Below, piece by piece: positions 48,892 through 60,549 of a DNA stretch of 60,549 bases. Numbering within the stretch: position 1 is the stretch's first letter; each line of letters starts with the position of its first letter. Where the stretch lies: the NCBI GenBank assembly GCA_013115125.1, contig JABANN010000023.1, positions 62,001 through 122,549 on the forward strand, in the 5' to 3' direction. This DNA comes from Perkinsus olseni (Eukaryota). The notes under the pieces are model-generated. The model did not search any database, was not told the origin of the DNA, and was given only the letters and a program-made list of their open reading frames with translations. The position numbers and the translations under genes were made by a program.

Positions 48892-50315
48892 ATGGAAAAA
48901 GCGGTGATGTCGTCGACGAATGAGGGAGACAATCCCAGAATAATCGCGAACCTGCTGTCAAGGGTGGCTCTACTAGAAGCGAGGATTTCTGCGGCAGGAT
49001 GTAAAACACCAACAGGCATCATCTGTTATTGCAGCGGCCGCAACACGCTAGAGATCCTCCAGCCCGCTCAAAGGTTCTTGCCAGCGGGGCCCTTCCGATG
49101 CCCCATCCGCTGCTCGCTTGTACAGCGTGAACCACAACTCGGTCACTTGGCGCATTGCAAGCTTCAGGCAGAGGATGTGCGACTTGCCACTTTCGGCTGT
49201 GTTATCCGAGCTCGGAGCACTCAGGGTCTCCACCGACCGAACGACGCTACAGAGTGAACCGTTCTCCCTCTTGAGCTTCCCTTTTGGCGGGATATCCATC
49301 GTTCTCGCCGAAGAGGCATGGGATGCTTCCAGAAACCACCAGGTGCACCAGCACTTCCTTGGGTTCCACTCACCTGGATGGTCTCAGGGCCTCCCTTCCC
49401 CTAGCCTACCACCTTTTCCCGGAGTGTGCAGTATCATCGTCACAGGCCCGGTCGAGTTGAGCCTCGCTCGCGTCACTCTGTCGATCGGCACAAAAGTGAG
49501 GAATGCCATTCTTCAGAACCCGCAGAAACCCGTCTTCAGATCTCGAAAGAGTACACAAACGTCTCGTTTTCTTCGACCGATTGCACAACCGCGGGAATGG
49601 GCGAAGCGGTATTCTCCTCGCTCTGTCGACTCGACGAAGGTTGGGACCGCGAAGCTGATGTGGGTGTTCATCGTGTTGGATTCTGGTGACCTTCCTTATT
49701 ATCAGACCTTCACCATCCAACTTGTTATCGAAGAGATCAGGCACACCATCGCATACAGTACGCGGCGAAGTCCTGTGCGCACCGCTTCGCTTAAACTTCC
49801 AGGTCCGGAGCTTACCACTACGGCTCGTTTCTCGACCCCTTCCGACGAACAGAGGGCACCGCCCCGTTGTGTGGAGTGGCATCTGGAACGCGCTGACTTG
49901 AGTCTCCGGGAAGGACCTCCGTCGATCAGCTCGCCAGAGTTCCGCCTTCCAGGAGCTAGAAGTCTGACTCCACTGTCCAAATCATACCATCTTTCTCTCT
50001 ACCCCTATCAGACGAGCTCTTCTGCCTTCGACTCCTACGACCAGGATTGGGGACGAATAGCGATCAGGCTGGGTTCGGACTCCACCTGGTGAGCCCGGTA
50101 TCCGTCGCGTGCAGCAAGAGAACTTGAGAGCGGCATCGCTGCTATGCATTCCATGTCGTCAGATTCGTTGCCACTCCCCGAGCGTGAAGTCCCAGATGGG
50201 GATCGAAATCAGTGCGGATCTGCGGCTGGCGGGCACAACCTCATCCCAGGGGGTATGGGGCTCCCCCTTGCTCGACTTGTTTCGGTTTGATTCACTAGAT
50301 TCGCAAGGAAATTGA
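48892..50315 (+). CDS. Protein with two MATH/TRAF-like domains and a short N-terminal coiled coil
   Basis: VTWRIASFRQ...QSEPFSL and VEWHLE...SSPEFRL...LSLYP resemble MATH strands; 324-aa ORF 49118-50092; LLSRVALLEARI at the N-terminus. Confidence 0.5.
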
Positions 50316-51122
50316 AGGGAAGCTCGAGCGAAGCATCGGCCTGGATGAGTTCTGTTCCATAGCCTCGGCAACAGCCCGACTGACCGGCGACAGGGAACTT
50401 GTGAGCGGGATACTGCGAGGAGGCCGGGGTTGAAGGTTCCACCCTTTCCCAGGTATTTTTGCTAACTCTGAAGCATCTGTACGTGACGGACCGCCAGGAG
50501 AGTTTCTTCGATCGGGACGAGTCCATGGGCCGCATCTTCGTGTCAAAATGCGGTCTACCAGTTACTCATGTCCAAGCCCGGCCCGATAAGGTTCCTCGTC
50601 AACTTCAGACGTGTAAAGAGCAGCGCATGAAGCTAACAACCAGACCACGCTTCGTTGCAAAGCCGACCGGCCGCAACCGTATGAACGAGACCTCGGCCTC
50701 TCGATCATCATGATGTCTTATTCAAACTGAAACTTGTGTTCTCTGGATGGTTGCTATGACAAGGCTGCCATTCACTTCTCGCTCGTGAGCTTCGGTAGCC
50801 TCCCCGAGCTTTATGTGACCGTCAGCCGTTCTTTTCGAAACATCTACTCAGCAGCACAACGCCCAAAGATGAAAAGCTCATAGTTTCATGTTTGCACGAA
50901 TAGAGGGAGCTTCCCACTCCAACCATCAGACCATGCTATTATATATCGAAACAATTCGACAAGGTTAAGGGCAGACCAGAACCTTAGTGACATCAACTAC
51001 CTTACTCCGAGTGACCTCTTCGAAAATACTATTCTCACCAGCAGCTACGTGTGGCCAGTAGAACAAATCGAAATATAACAATAGGGTTGTATGGGGGCTG
51101 TCATGCGTCATCAGCATCGAAT

Positions 51123-51536
51123 TCATGCAGCCTCGATTGGCTGGAGATCGTGGCATCTTCCTTGAGCACTACAGAATGCTCGTATGATGCCCCGACCAGA
51201 AACCTCCCACAATCCGTCACAGCAGCCTAGGCCGTGCGCTACGCGTCGAATGGTCTGCTTGTGGACACCTCGGTTAGGAGCACAGTAAAGCTCGCCGTTG
51301 AGAGTGCCCATGAATAAACTGTCCGATGCAGCATGCAGTAAAGTGCTAACCACCAGAACTCTGTGCTCCTTCTCGACTTGCCGGACAATCGACCGATGTA
51401 CTGGATGAAGGCCTCCACGCCTCAAGTACCTATGCGGCTCCTTCAGGACCTTCACCATGAATTGCCGCACGGGGCTAGCGATAACGCTGAGAATACCGTA
51501 GTGCTCGAGAAGGCCGTCGTCGCGCATTTCGGTCAT
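51123..51536 (-). CDS. Hypothetical protein, tandem paralog A
   Basis: Aligns with 52033-52587 (VVSTL.H..S..L.MGT..GEL.CAP; GLGCCDGL..VS..G.IRAF....G.C.DL.P). Confidence 0.6.
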   Translation of the reverse strand: MTEMRDDGLLEHYGILSVIASPVRQFMVKVLKEPHRYLRRGGLHPVHRSIVRQVEKEHRVLVVSTLLHAASDSLFMGTLNGELYCAPNRGVHKQTIRRVAHGLGCCDGLWEVSGRGIIRAFCSAQGRCHDLQPIEAA

Positions 51537-51571
51537 CGAGTTCACTCGGGTGGTAGCCAGGAAAGCCCAGA

Positions 51572-51832
51572 CCTCAGACGCAATGCTGCTGTCTCCTACA
51601 CAGCAGTTACGGAGCCGCCAGCCTCAGACGCAATGCTGCTGTCTCCTACACAGCAGTTACGGAGCCGCCAGCCTCAGACGCAATGCTGCTGTCTCNNNNN
51701 NNNNNNNNNNNNNNNNNNNNNNNNNNNNNNNNNNNNNNNNNNNNNNNNNNNNNNNNNNNNNNNNNNNNNNNNNNNNNNNNNNNNNNNNNNNNNNCCTACA
51801 CAGCAGTTACGGAGCCGCCAGCCTCAGACGCA
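51572..51832. repeat. 50-bp tandem repeat array spanning an assembly gap
   Basis: Unit cctcagacgcaatgctgctgtctcctacacagcagttacggagccgccag starts at 51572, 51622 and 51672 and resumes after the N run (51696-51794). Confidence 0.95.
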
Positions 51833-52032
51833 GTGACGAACGAGCGGGCACCAGTTCGGAGTGAGATTGAAAAAAGAACTCCAAGAATGAGAACAACACC
51901 GAGTGGACGGCGTGCCTCTTAACGGCCTTTTCCGACCAACGCGAATCGGCGTGTTGACAAAGAAACGTTTATTGCTAGTGAAGCAGACGTCATTCAGCAG
52001 GTTATGATAATCAAATGCAATTCTACTGCTCT

Positions 52033-52587
52033 CTACTGCACCGGCATCAGATCCCGGCACCACCCCTTAGAGCGGCTGAAGGCTCTAATAGTCCCATCAT
52101 GCGACACGTCATAGAGACCGTCGCAGCAGCCGAGACCCCACGCGAGGAGTATGGGGGTCTCTTCGACAGGCGTGTTACCGGAAAGAGGGGGAGGGGGCGC
52201 ACAGAAGAGCTCGCCCGTGACCGTGCCCATGAGCAGGGCCTCCGACTCGAAGTGGACTAAGGTGCTGACCACGTACACTTGATGCGTCTGCTCAACCCGC
52301 TGAACCATGGCCCTCTGCCAGGGCGAAGAGGCCCGGCGCCTGAGGGAGGGATGGCCCTCCCTCATCATACGGAGCATGAACTCGAACTCCTGACCACTGG
52401 TGACGCTGTTGCGGTGCTCCAAGCGATCGCGAGGTCCGTTGAGAACCTTCACGCGGTCGAAGTGGGCTCGCGAGAGAAACTCCCACACAACAGAGCGAAT
52501 GGCGGCGTCTCCGGTGTCCGAGTCCTTCATTCGGGCGTCCAGCAGAGCTAACTTCTGCGGGAGGGAAGATCGTTGGCCCGCTGACAT
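52033..52587 (-). CDS. Hypothetical protein, tandem paralog B
   Basis: Single-exon ORF with clear amino-acid similarity to paralog A. Confidence 0.65.
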   Translation of the reverse strand: MSAGQRSSLPQKLALLDARMKDSDTGDAAIRSVVWEFLSRAHFDRVKVLNGPRDRLEHRNSVTSGQEFEFMLRMMREGHPSLRRRASSPWQRAMVQRVEQTHQVYVVSTLVHFESEALLMGTVTGELFCAPPPPLSGNTPVEETPILLAWGLGCCDGLYDVSHDGTIRAFSRSKGWCRDLMPVQ

Positions 52588-52671
52588 AAAAGGGAGAAAA
52601 AAGACTGCGCAGTGGTAGCCATCAGCCTCAACCAACACAACCTCAAGATGATATTGAAAGAAAGTTAAGTG

Positions 52672-55164
52672 TCAGGTGAAGACTTTGAGTCGCTCCTTAA
52701 TGTGATCTCTACAGAGGGGACACTCCGAGCCGAGCCTCTCGCTACATCGGGTGCAGACACACATGTGGCGACACGGCATGAGCACAACGGTACCTAATTG
52801 AGGGGAAAATGGCGGCTGAGGTATTCTGCACGACACCTACGGAGTTCGGTCTGGCATACCACACACAGTGACTCGTCCTTGAGGCTCTTGGAGGTGTCCG
52901 GGCCTGTTGGGGAGGACACAAACTCAGTATCCACAAATGAGTGAAAAATTCCGGAGACGAAATTCCGTGGCTCGATGGTAGATTGTGAACATGCCGCAAC
53001 TATCGGTATACCCCTGATGTATAATAAAGCCATGAACGTCCGAAGGAGTACTGAAATTGATGTCACCATAGGATTGGTATCCTGACTGACACGATACAGC
53101 AGCTACACCTTATGGTGACAATACTCAGACTAAGTGCATGTTCATGACAGCAACGAATCCATAGCGGTACCCGTCCCATGTTCTTTCTCCCGTCTGCGGG
53201 CCTCCGCTTCAGCCTCTACGGCCTGGCCTTTCAATCGCCGTACTTTGCCAGTGAGGAACTCCATTCGCTCTTCCAGACCATGCCACTCAGCTGAGCTCGT
53301 GGGGAACTCTGAACGCCAGCAACGAGCTGACGGCAGTCCGAGAGTAGCTGACAGCGTCCATCGCACCTTCAACTTCAGCGTTGTACGACAGCAAGGCGTC
53401 GTCTAGTTGATCCAGTCTCGAGACAATATCGTGGAAGGTCCGGGACTCTCCTAAACCCAGTGCTTGATAATAGGACGTTCCAGCGGCGATTGCCTACGAT
53501 GCTGGGAGGGCGGCTGCTGCTGCGCGGTCTCGTCGAGCGGCTCAGTGAGTTCTCCGCTGCCCTCAACTTGCGGTGACGGCATCTCGTCAACACGACGCTC
53601 GGCAGTCGATGAGGATGACGAAGATGAGGAGCCTCCTTTCACTTCAGCCTCTTCCTCCCGAACCGGCGAGGAGCTGCTTGACGCTGCACCATGCTCTCCC
53701 TTCGATGGAGATTTCCCTTCGCCCGGATGCGCGCGAGAGGAGTTCTGCGCTCTCGCCGACCGCCTGACAACAGGCGGTAGAATGGCAGCCGTCAGCAGAG
53801 GCGAACCTACGATGTGGCGCCCATCGCTAGAGGGGTTATGCCATCATAGGCCTTCTTGTGAGGGTCCGCTTTGTACTCTAGAAGGACCCTCGCCACCGAG
53901 CGCATCTCTCCCTCCACAGCCAAGTGCAGAGGGGTGTAACTATGACGATGTATGCGCTGAACTGCAGTGCCGCTGCCGGAGTACCCGAAGGCGTCCTGCA
54001 CGTTCGGGTCAGCGCCAGCATGCAGGAGGGCCCGAGCAGTGTCAGCTGACTTGGCAGAGAAGAGCAGAGAGCTTGGCCTGGCATCACCACTCATCCTTAG
54101 AAACGGGGCCAACCGCGGACGAGGCCTTTGCAAGCACCTACACTTTAGCGCCCGCCCGGATGAGCTCCTCGGCCATGTCCGCATGGTCCGCTCTAACTTG
54201 TGCTGCTAGGGGGGTTAGTCTATGACGATTGAGACCTTCCAAATCGACGCCTAGGGCAGAAGAGACGATGACACCCTCAAGTGGTGACGCCGCGACGTCG
54301 CAAGCCGGCTCCTGTCACCAACTCCCGGACGAGTTCAAGGAGATTCGGAAGTTCCGAATCGGAGCCCCGCGGTTGCCGCCATTCGAGCAGATCCCCGTTG
54401 ACGACACCACACCGTTGCGGCACCCACCTGGGTAGTCCAAGAGGAGGGCTAATGCGTAGGAGTTGTTGCAAACGTGAAGGACCTGTGGACCACCGGAGTA
54501 AAGAAAGAAGTTGGCCGCTACCCGCTTCCTACACTATTCCTGAGCTGGCACTTGGCAGCCAGCAGCATCCTCACGATGGTCGCAGCAACCTTCCCGCTCT
54601 CGGGATTCATGACCTGACGGGGCATCCAAGACTGCTTGCCTCTGCTGTTCGGATGGGCTTACGGCGTAGTGTAAGGCATTAAAGCCCGTAGTCGAGTCAG
54701 CGTATTTAACAGCAGAGGGACGCGTCTCGATGATCGCCTTCACCACTCCAGAATGGCCGTTCCTAGAACGGCATGGGCCATACTCCTGGCTGGAAGCAAC
54801 CCACCACCCACCTCGCTGCTTCACAAAGCGCCAGGCCTAGGTCACTATCACTGTAGCGGCCGGAAGCCAAGAGAAACGGATTTGCTGGTATGGACTCGGA
54901 AGAGACAGTGGTCGTGTTGTCCGAGTCCCGGAGCAGTAGCCGCACAATCTGACGATGATTCAATCGCCCGGACTACCGCTACCACCGCGTCTTTACGTCG
55001 GTCTTGCCGCCTTTGGCAGCGCTCAGTAGGGCCTGTCCGGCCACTGCACCTCTAGAGGACGATGACGATGAATGTGACCTCTGCTTCGGTTCCAGGCCCG
55101 AACCGTGCCTGGGGTTTTGTGACGGAGTATCGCCCGTGTCATTGTCCACTGACTGTTGCCGCAT
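52672..55164 (-). CDS. Ankyrin-repeat protein with coiled coil and C-terminal RING-HC (putative E3 ligase)
   Basis: Ankyrin motifs (NGHSGVVKAII, GFNALHYA, LLHAGADPNVQD, YTPLHLAV, GITPL). Spliced C-terminus CVVCQTELR|TVVLMPCRHMCVCTRCSERLGSECPLCRDHIKERLKVFT*. Confidence 0.85.
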
Positions 55165-55379
55165 AATTCGGAGCACAAAACACAGCTTGAAGGAGTATCC
55201 CCACCCCCTCACTACCGACCTCCTCTGGGTGATTGATAGACAGGTAACGCAGGCCGACAGTACGAGGTTCACGCAGAGTAACGGTTAAGTTCAGCGGCAA
55301 TGAACGCGGTGGTGGGAAACGAAGTGAAACGACAGGAAGGGCAATGTTCTCAAGGGGGGCTCGATAGCAGAAGGGCACT

Positions 55380-58151
55380 TTAAAAGTGAAAACCTCCAGC
55401 AGCCTGCTGGTTAGCACCGAACGACCCTGCCGTGGCGGAACCTGAGAAGGAACGGCGATATCCACAGATATTCCACCACTGGGACACAAACGATAGCAAG
55501 CGTTCCCAAAGGAACAGCGGGAATTGCTGCAAAGATCCGAAACATGGATGGAAGATGCTCACTATGATGATACCGGATCGAATGGTTCAAGCGATCCCAG
55601 GAGGCGCAGATGAAGGGCCAGTGTATGGGATGGCTGGGGTTGGGAAGCTCACCCGCAGTAGCAAAACCGGAATTAGTGCTGTCCATATCCTCAAGGCCAT
55701 CATCGTCCTCCTCTACAGGAAAGAAGCTTTCGAGAATATGTACCGCCTGACAACAGCAGGCAGGTGGGTCGAGAATGCGCCCAGCCCACGGCTGAACTCC
55801 TCCGAACCCGTTTCAAGCGATACAGCCACTACCGTTGAGTGTCAGAATACAACAAGGTGATACTATGTGACGTAGCAATGCGGCCAGAGTCCAGATGGCA
55901 TCCGAACTCGAAGCTAGATCTCCGTGACGACTGGTATTTGCTTGGCCAGCGACGAGCCGCAAGAGTTTTTGTGGCCGCGACAACAATCAACCAACGAGAG
56001 CGTCTACCTTAGCTACTACTAAGACTACCACCTCAGTACCTTCTCATAGATGGCATCATTCCTATCACCCTGTAGATCCTCTATCTTTGTCATACCGTCA
56101 GCTTCCTCTATCAGATGCAGGTACCTGTGGGGAACCATCTCCTACCCAGGCTCTTGACGGACCCTCTCTTACGGATTCTCTGTGAAGTCAGGGTTCCTCT
56201 CCTGCGCCAATACTCCAACCTAAGGACAGGGACCCAAGCTACAGCGAGTCAGCCGCGCAGTCGCCTCGTACCCTGAGTATGTTGTCGATGCCTTCTAAAC
56301 AGCAGCCCACTATCTTGGTGTCCGTGACGTCAAGGAGATCACACAATGGCTTGATACAGCCATTCTGGACGAGGTAATCCACTTGCTCAGGTGTACCGCC
56401 AGCAGTAGCGTTGGAGACGGCCCTGAGCTCAACAACAGCTCATCGCTCCCTGCTCGGATAAGGAGATACTTACCAGGCGGCTTCCTTCTTAACGTCGAAC
56501 TCGGCGTTGGTCAGCAACTCGATCAGCTTACCGAACAACTGAATGGGCATCCATAAACAGCCAACAGACCACAGTCCTCTTAGTACCCCCTTGTTGATGC
56601 ACTCCTGGATCTGCTCCCTGTTCCCAGCTGTGATGTTGGAGATAGACCAGCAGGCTTCCTTCCGGAGATTCTGGCGACCGAGCGTATGGCGAAGCGCTAC
56701 CCCCTGTGGTACAGTCCGTACCTTCTTAGGGCTGTACAAGAGAGCGTGCAGGGGTTCAAGTCCACCGCAGTTGATGACCTGTTGGGTCTGCTTGTCATCC
56801 CCAGTCACGATATTACCCACCGCTCCTGATTGGGAAACACTAGATCACTCTCCTAGGGAGAGATGGCTTCTTACTGAGGGCCGGGGTCTGCACCAAGGGG
56901 CTATCGTGTTTTAATAACTCCACCAGTCGTGGGCATGCACCAGTATCAAGCACAGCTTGGATACGCTCACTCGGACCATCGGTGACGTAAGAGAGAGCCC
57001 AGCAGGCGTCGGTGATCACCTCGACCTGACCAACATTCCAGTGACGCCAGATCGGACTGTGATGGGTATATATTACGTCATTGCTATTTATGAGTTGGGA
57101 AAGGAGTGGTAGGGCGGGCGCTACAGCCTCGAGTGGGGGCTGGGGCTTCCCACGGCATAAGTTGGAAAGAGCCCAAGTCGCATTGCGGAAGAGAGAGAAC
57201 TTGTCGGAATCATTAAACAAGTTCATCATCCCCGGCAGCACGTTGGCCTCGAGGACCTACGAACAAGGATTCCAGTGCGTCAGGATCATCACTCTATCAT
57301 TACCATATCCCGCAGTCTGGGAGAGTCACCAGCGATGTTGCCAAGAGCCCAGACGGCTTGCTCACGGACTTCCGCGTCTGGGGAGCCCAACAGAGCAATG
57401 AACAATGGGATAGTGCCTGTTGTGAGATGACGTGAGGGGTGAGGAGGGGCAGGGGTGGCCTACCAGCAGCCACAACGGTCTCAGTCTGAGCTCGAGTGCC
57501 GCTAGCGATATTAGTGAGAGCCTATAGGGGTGGTAATGACTGGAAATTTTTATGATAGCGGGAGTACTACCCAGGCCGCTTCAAACTGAAGCTTCGGCCG
57601 CTGAGTGTCCTGCAGGAAAACCACCATACGGGGTACGAGCCCCGCGTCGATCACCTGGACGACCGAGCAATGGCAAGTATCCAAGGTTGAAGCGAGTACA
57701 ATGCAGAATCACTACGTATTGTATCGGAGGGTTCTTCTCTATAGAAAGTAGCCTTCTGACGTACTGAGTCGCCTTGAACTGAGTGTCAGGGTCAGCAGCA
57801 TTACACCCGACCACTGCCTCCTGCAGCTCGGCAAGGTTAGGCGCACCCGAGGAGGTGGCCGACTGGCCGGAGGCTGACGGAACCACGATGTCTACCCTCC
57901 TAGTACCACTGCCACTACTACCACCAGTCAGGTCTGAGCCTTCCACGTCCATTCGACGCCTATGGGCCAGCTGTTTCTCTTTCTCAGCCTTCCGGATCTG
58001 GACTGCCTCGTCCTCTCTTCGACGTCGGGAGTCCTCGAAGTCCCCGGTCTGTCAAGAAGTGACTACTCGTCGGCCGCTACGACGATGAGCCCATCCGTAC
58101 TTTCTTGTAGTTCCTCCGTCGGGCAGCTATCCGATCTTCAATATTTGACAT
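55380..58151 (-). CDS. KPNA: Importin subunit alpha
   Basis: IBB domain ([19 protein letters not shown]), [67 protein letters not shown], terminal GGFHF*. Confidence 0.96.
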
Positions 58152-58373
58152 TACTAATCGTTAAGGAACGGTAGTATTTGCTGTAGAGCTGCTATGAGAA
58201 GAGAGCTCGAAATTATTGGCGCGCGCGTTGCAAAAATCTCGTAAATCTTGCAATCTTGCATTTCCCTAGCGGGGTCAGCTCGGCGCGGAATTTGGCCCAC
58301 CATCAACCTCCTCATAACACGACACGTCAGTCGTGTCCCGTTGGTACATCCCTTGTTAACAGCGGGCATCGAA

Positions 58374-59521
58374 ATGACTCTGGCGGATCCGGCCATACTG
58401 TCCTACTCCAGAGAGGTTCAGGTGAGTACTCCGGGCTCTCTCTGGGGGGCCCGTCTCGCTCGGGCCGTTGGTCGCACAGCCGCTGGTCTTAGAAGAGGCC
58501 TCTCTGCGCCTGTCTGAGCTGTTCGGTCCTAGGGACCCCTGCAGCTGTTGTGCTCTTATTTCAGCTCCCTCCTCCTCCGCCTCCCCCGCCGGGCCCTCCA
58601 CCCGTGGTAGCGCCTACTGGTGTCGCCTCTCGTCCCCTACCGTCTGTTGATTGTGGGGGCTGGAAGTGTGTCCGATGCGGGAATATCAACTACCCTCACA
58701 AGCTCTTCTGCAACATGAGGAAGTGCAATGCTCCCAAGCCTCTGGGCAACTGGACTTGTCACGCCTGCGGTGAGGGAGGCCCAGCCCCTCTGCCGTTGGT
58801 CGCGCAGTCATCTTCTTCAGGTGTCGGCTCCGTGAAGCCATTGGCTCGAGAGTGTGACCATTGCTTGGCTGATCGTAAGACTACAAGGGACGAGGATGTC
58901 CTCCTAGAAGCTCATCGTACTGGCGCCCTGCCCTCGGCCGCTGCTAAGAAAAACTCCTTCGCGCAGGAGTTCCTCGCCGCCCCTTTCGGGTCGTGGATAT
59001 GTGTCAAGTGCAACAACGTCAACTGGCCGGCTAGGACTACCTGTAACGGGCGAAACTGTCAAAAGACCAGGGACACAGCTGACATCGATTACACCAGGAA
59101 CTTCAAAGCTGAGCTCGAGAAACGCGGGTTCGCGGTTGATTTGATCAAGATGAACGCGGCTGCAGCCAACTCTCCCTCCGTCAAGGTGCCATCGAGCTCG
59201 CCTCTGCCCGGGTCCACTGTGGCTAGCGGAAACATAACGCCAGCTGACACCACCCGTGGTGTGATTGGAGATCTATCGCAGGGCCGTGGTGCGTACGGAG
59301 GGGCTGCCAGAGGGCAGTATCCTCCGGGAGTAGGGCACTTTATGAAGGACTTGCTGGACAGTAATGTTCCCCCTCCTCCACCTGGGCCGCCGCCGAGGAT
59401 CGATCCCCCTGGCAGCTGGATCTGTCCAAGTTGTGGGAATGTTAATTGGCCCAAGAGGACCCATTGCAATAAGCATGGGTGCGGGGTAGCCAAGCCCGAC
59501 CACGTTGTGGAAAGTTCGTAG
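58374..59521 (+). CDS. RanBP2-type zinc-finger protein (probably RNA-binding)
   Basis: Repeated W.C..C.N.N.P....CN...C...P fingers (WKCVRCGNINYP, WICVKCNNVNWP, WICPSCGNVNWP) with Pro-rich linkers. Confidence 0.85.
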
Positions 59522-60549
59522 ATGACACGTCGTGGCATCATCATGATTCTCATTTTTTTATGCTTATTAGCAATGCGATCGCTCCTGAAGTCGCTTAGAA
59601 ATTTTCCGTTGTATGAAACCTTCAGTTGTGCAGCCATCGCCTTACATGACATGGTGAGTGATTGAACCGTTGTTGGCATGGCACACCCGTAACGGGGTCA
59701 GTGAAGATGACGTTGTGAGTTGTGTTGCGAGTTAAAGGAGCCTTAGTGGCCCTAAAAGTGAGTCTTCCTTCCTTGTCTCACCGTCCACTCTTCTGCGTTT
59801 GCCCATTCTACCGGAATGGGTTTCGCTCATTTCGTCGAGCACTACCGAGGATCTGGCCGTTGCTGGTGTTCAGGAGTAGCTTAGTTCCCGCGCGGAGTAT
59901 CTCCTTGAAATAACGGCCATTGAGAGCCTTGATCCTTCAATTTGTTCGTCGGCGCTTCTAGTCGCAAGGTTATGACTACCCGGCAGTGACCATCCCTGCT
60001 CTCCAGTGCATCTACATCCGCTGACATCGCCATTTCCACCAGACTTTATTCCGTGTCGAGTTCCCAGTTGCTAAAACGTCCTCGGTCGGGAAATACTATT
60101 GAGCATTTCTCACCATCATGAATCGCAACAGCTGAGCCCCGTTATGTGGTTGTGTTGGCCAGTACATAGCCAAACCCCGAACGCCTAGGAAAGGAGACCC
60201 CTCCGTTGAATGCTCGCAGGAGAATGAAATGAAACGGCGACTGCGTAAGAGCCTCCAATTTAAACGGTGGGACATGTTCCACAAAAGTTATGTGAGCAGG
60301 ACATACCACCCCGTTCCCAACTGCCTGCGAATTGAACTAAATGGAACTGTCAAAACCCTTTATTATCAGGCTGGGTGTGTAGCGAGCACCTGTAACCCAT
60401 GCGGGGGCGAGATCTGAGTGAATGGCGTGTCGTGCCGAGAGTCGGTCGGAGATCAGCAGCCCATCCCAAAGGGCCACTAAGTTCTGGTGGGTAGGCGGAA
60501 GTCATCACATCCGAACATCCGAAGTCGCGGGCACTGGCTAAGGCTGGGA

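Noticed and set aside
51572-51832. CRISPR array (palindromic repeat units)
   Set aside because: Units are identical head-to-tail with no unique spacers, there are no cas genes, and the context is eukaryotic.
52615-52631. gtagccatcagcctcaa resembling the spliced leader
   Set aside because: It is on the strand opposite to the adjacent genes and no SL-RNA context is visible.
53464-54225. Long plus-strand ORF (likewise 34737-35378 and 59089-59679)
   Set aside because: These are antisense shadows of well-supported genes on the other strand.

Overview
Gene-dense, intron-rich eukaryotic DNA with many short (~45-60 nt) GT-AG introns. Gene content and style suggest a Perkinsus-like alveolate (inference). 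Recognisable genes: LITAF-like zinc-ribbon protein, F-box/LRR-like protein, SRP receptor beta, Prp40, kanadaptin, an intronless BT1 folate/biopterin transporter, a very large alpha-helical protein, an ADIP-like coiled-coil protein, fumarylacetoacetase, a Tctex-1 dynein light chain, Slu7, a PP2C phosphatase, a MATH-like protein, an ankyrin+RING E3 ligase, importin alpha and a RanBP2-type zinc-finger protein. Two accessory regions (about 15-24 kb and 45-48.8 kb) hold decayed retroelements, pseudogenes, a chimeric duplication and a MITE-like element. The most striking signal is a recurrent stereotyped scar: an 8-mer ABCDEFGH rewritten as ABCDEFG + revcomp(ABCDEFGH) + BCDEFGH (22 nt, net +14 nt), plus longer palindromes with a 1-nt spacer. 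This is the product expected from hairpin-intermediate (hAT-type) transposon excision, and the inferred targets lean toward nTnnnnAn. Exon boundaries were read by eye, so multi-exon gene limits are approximate.
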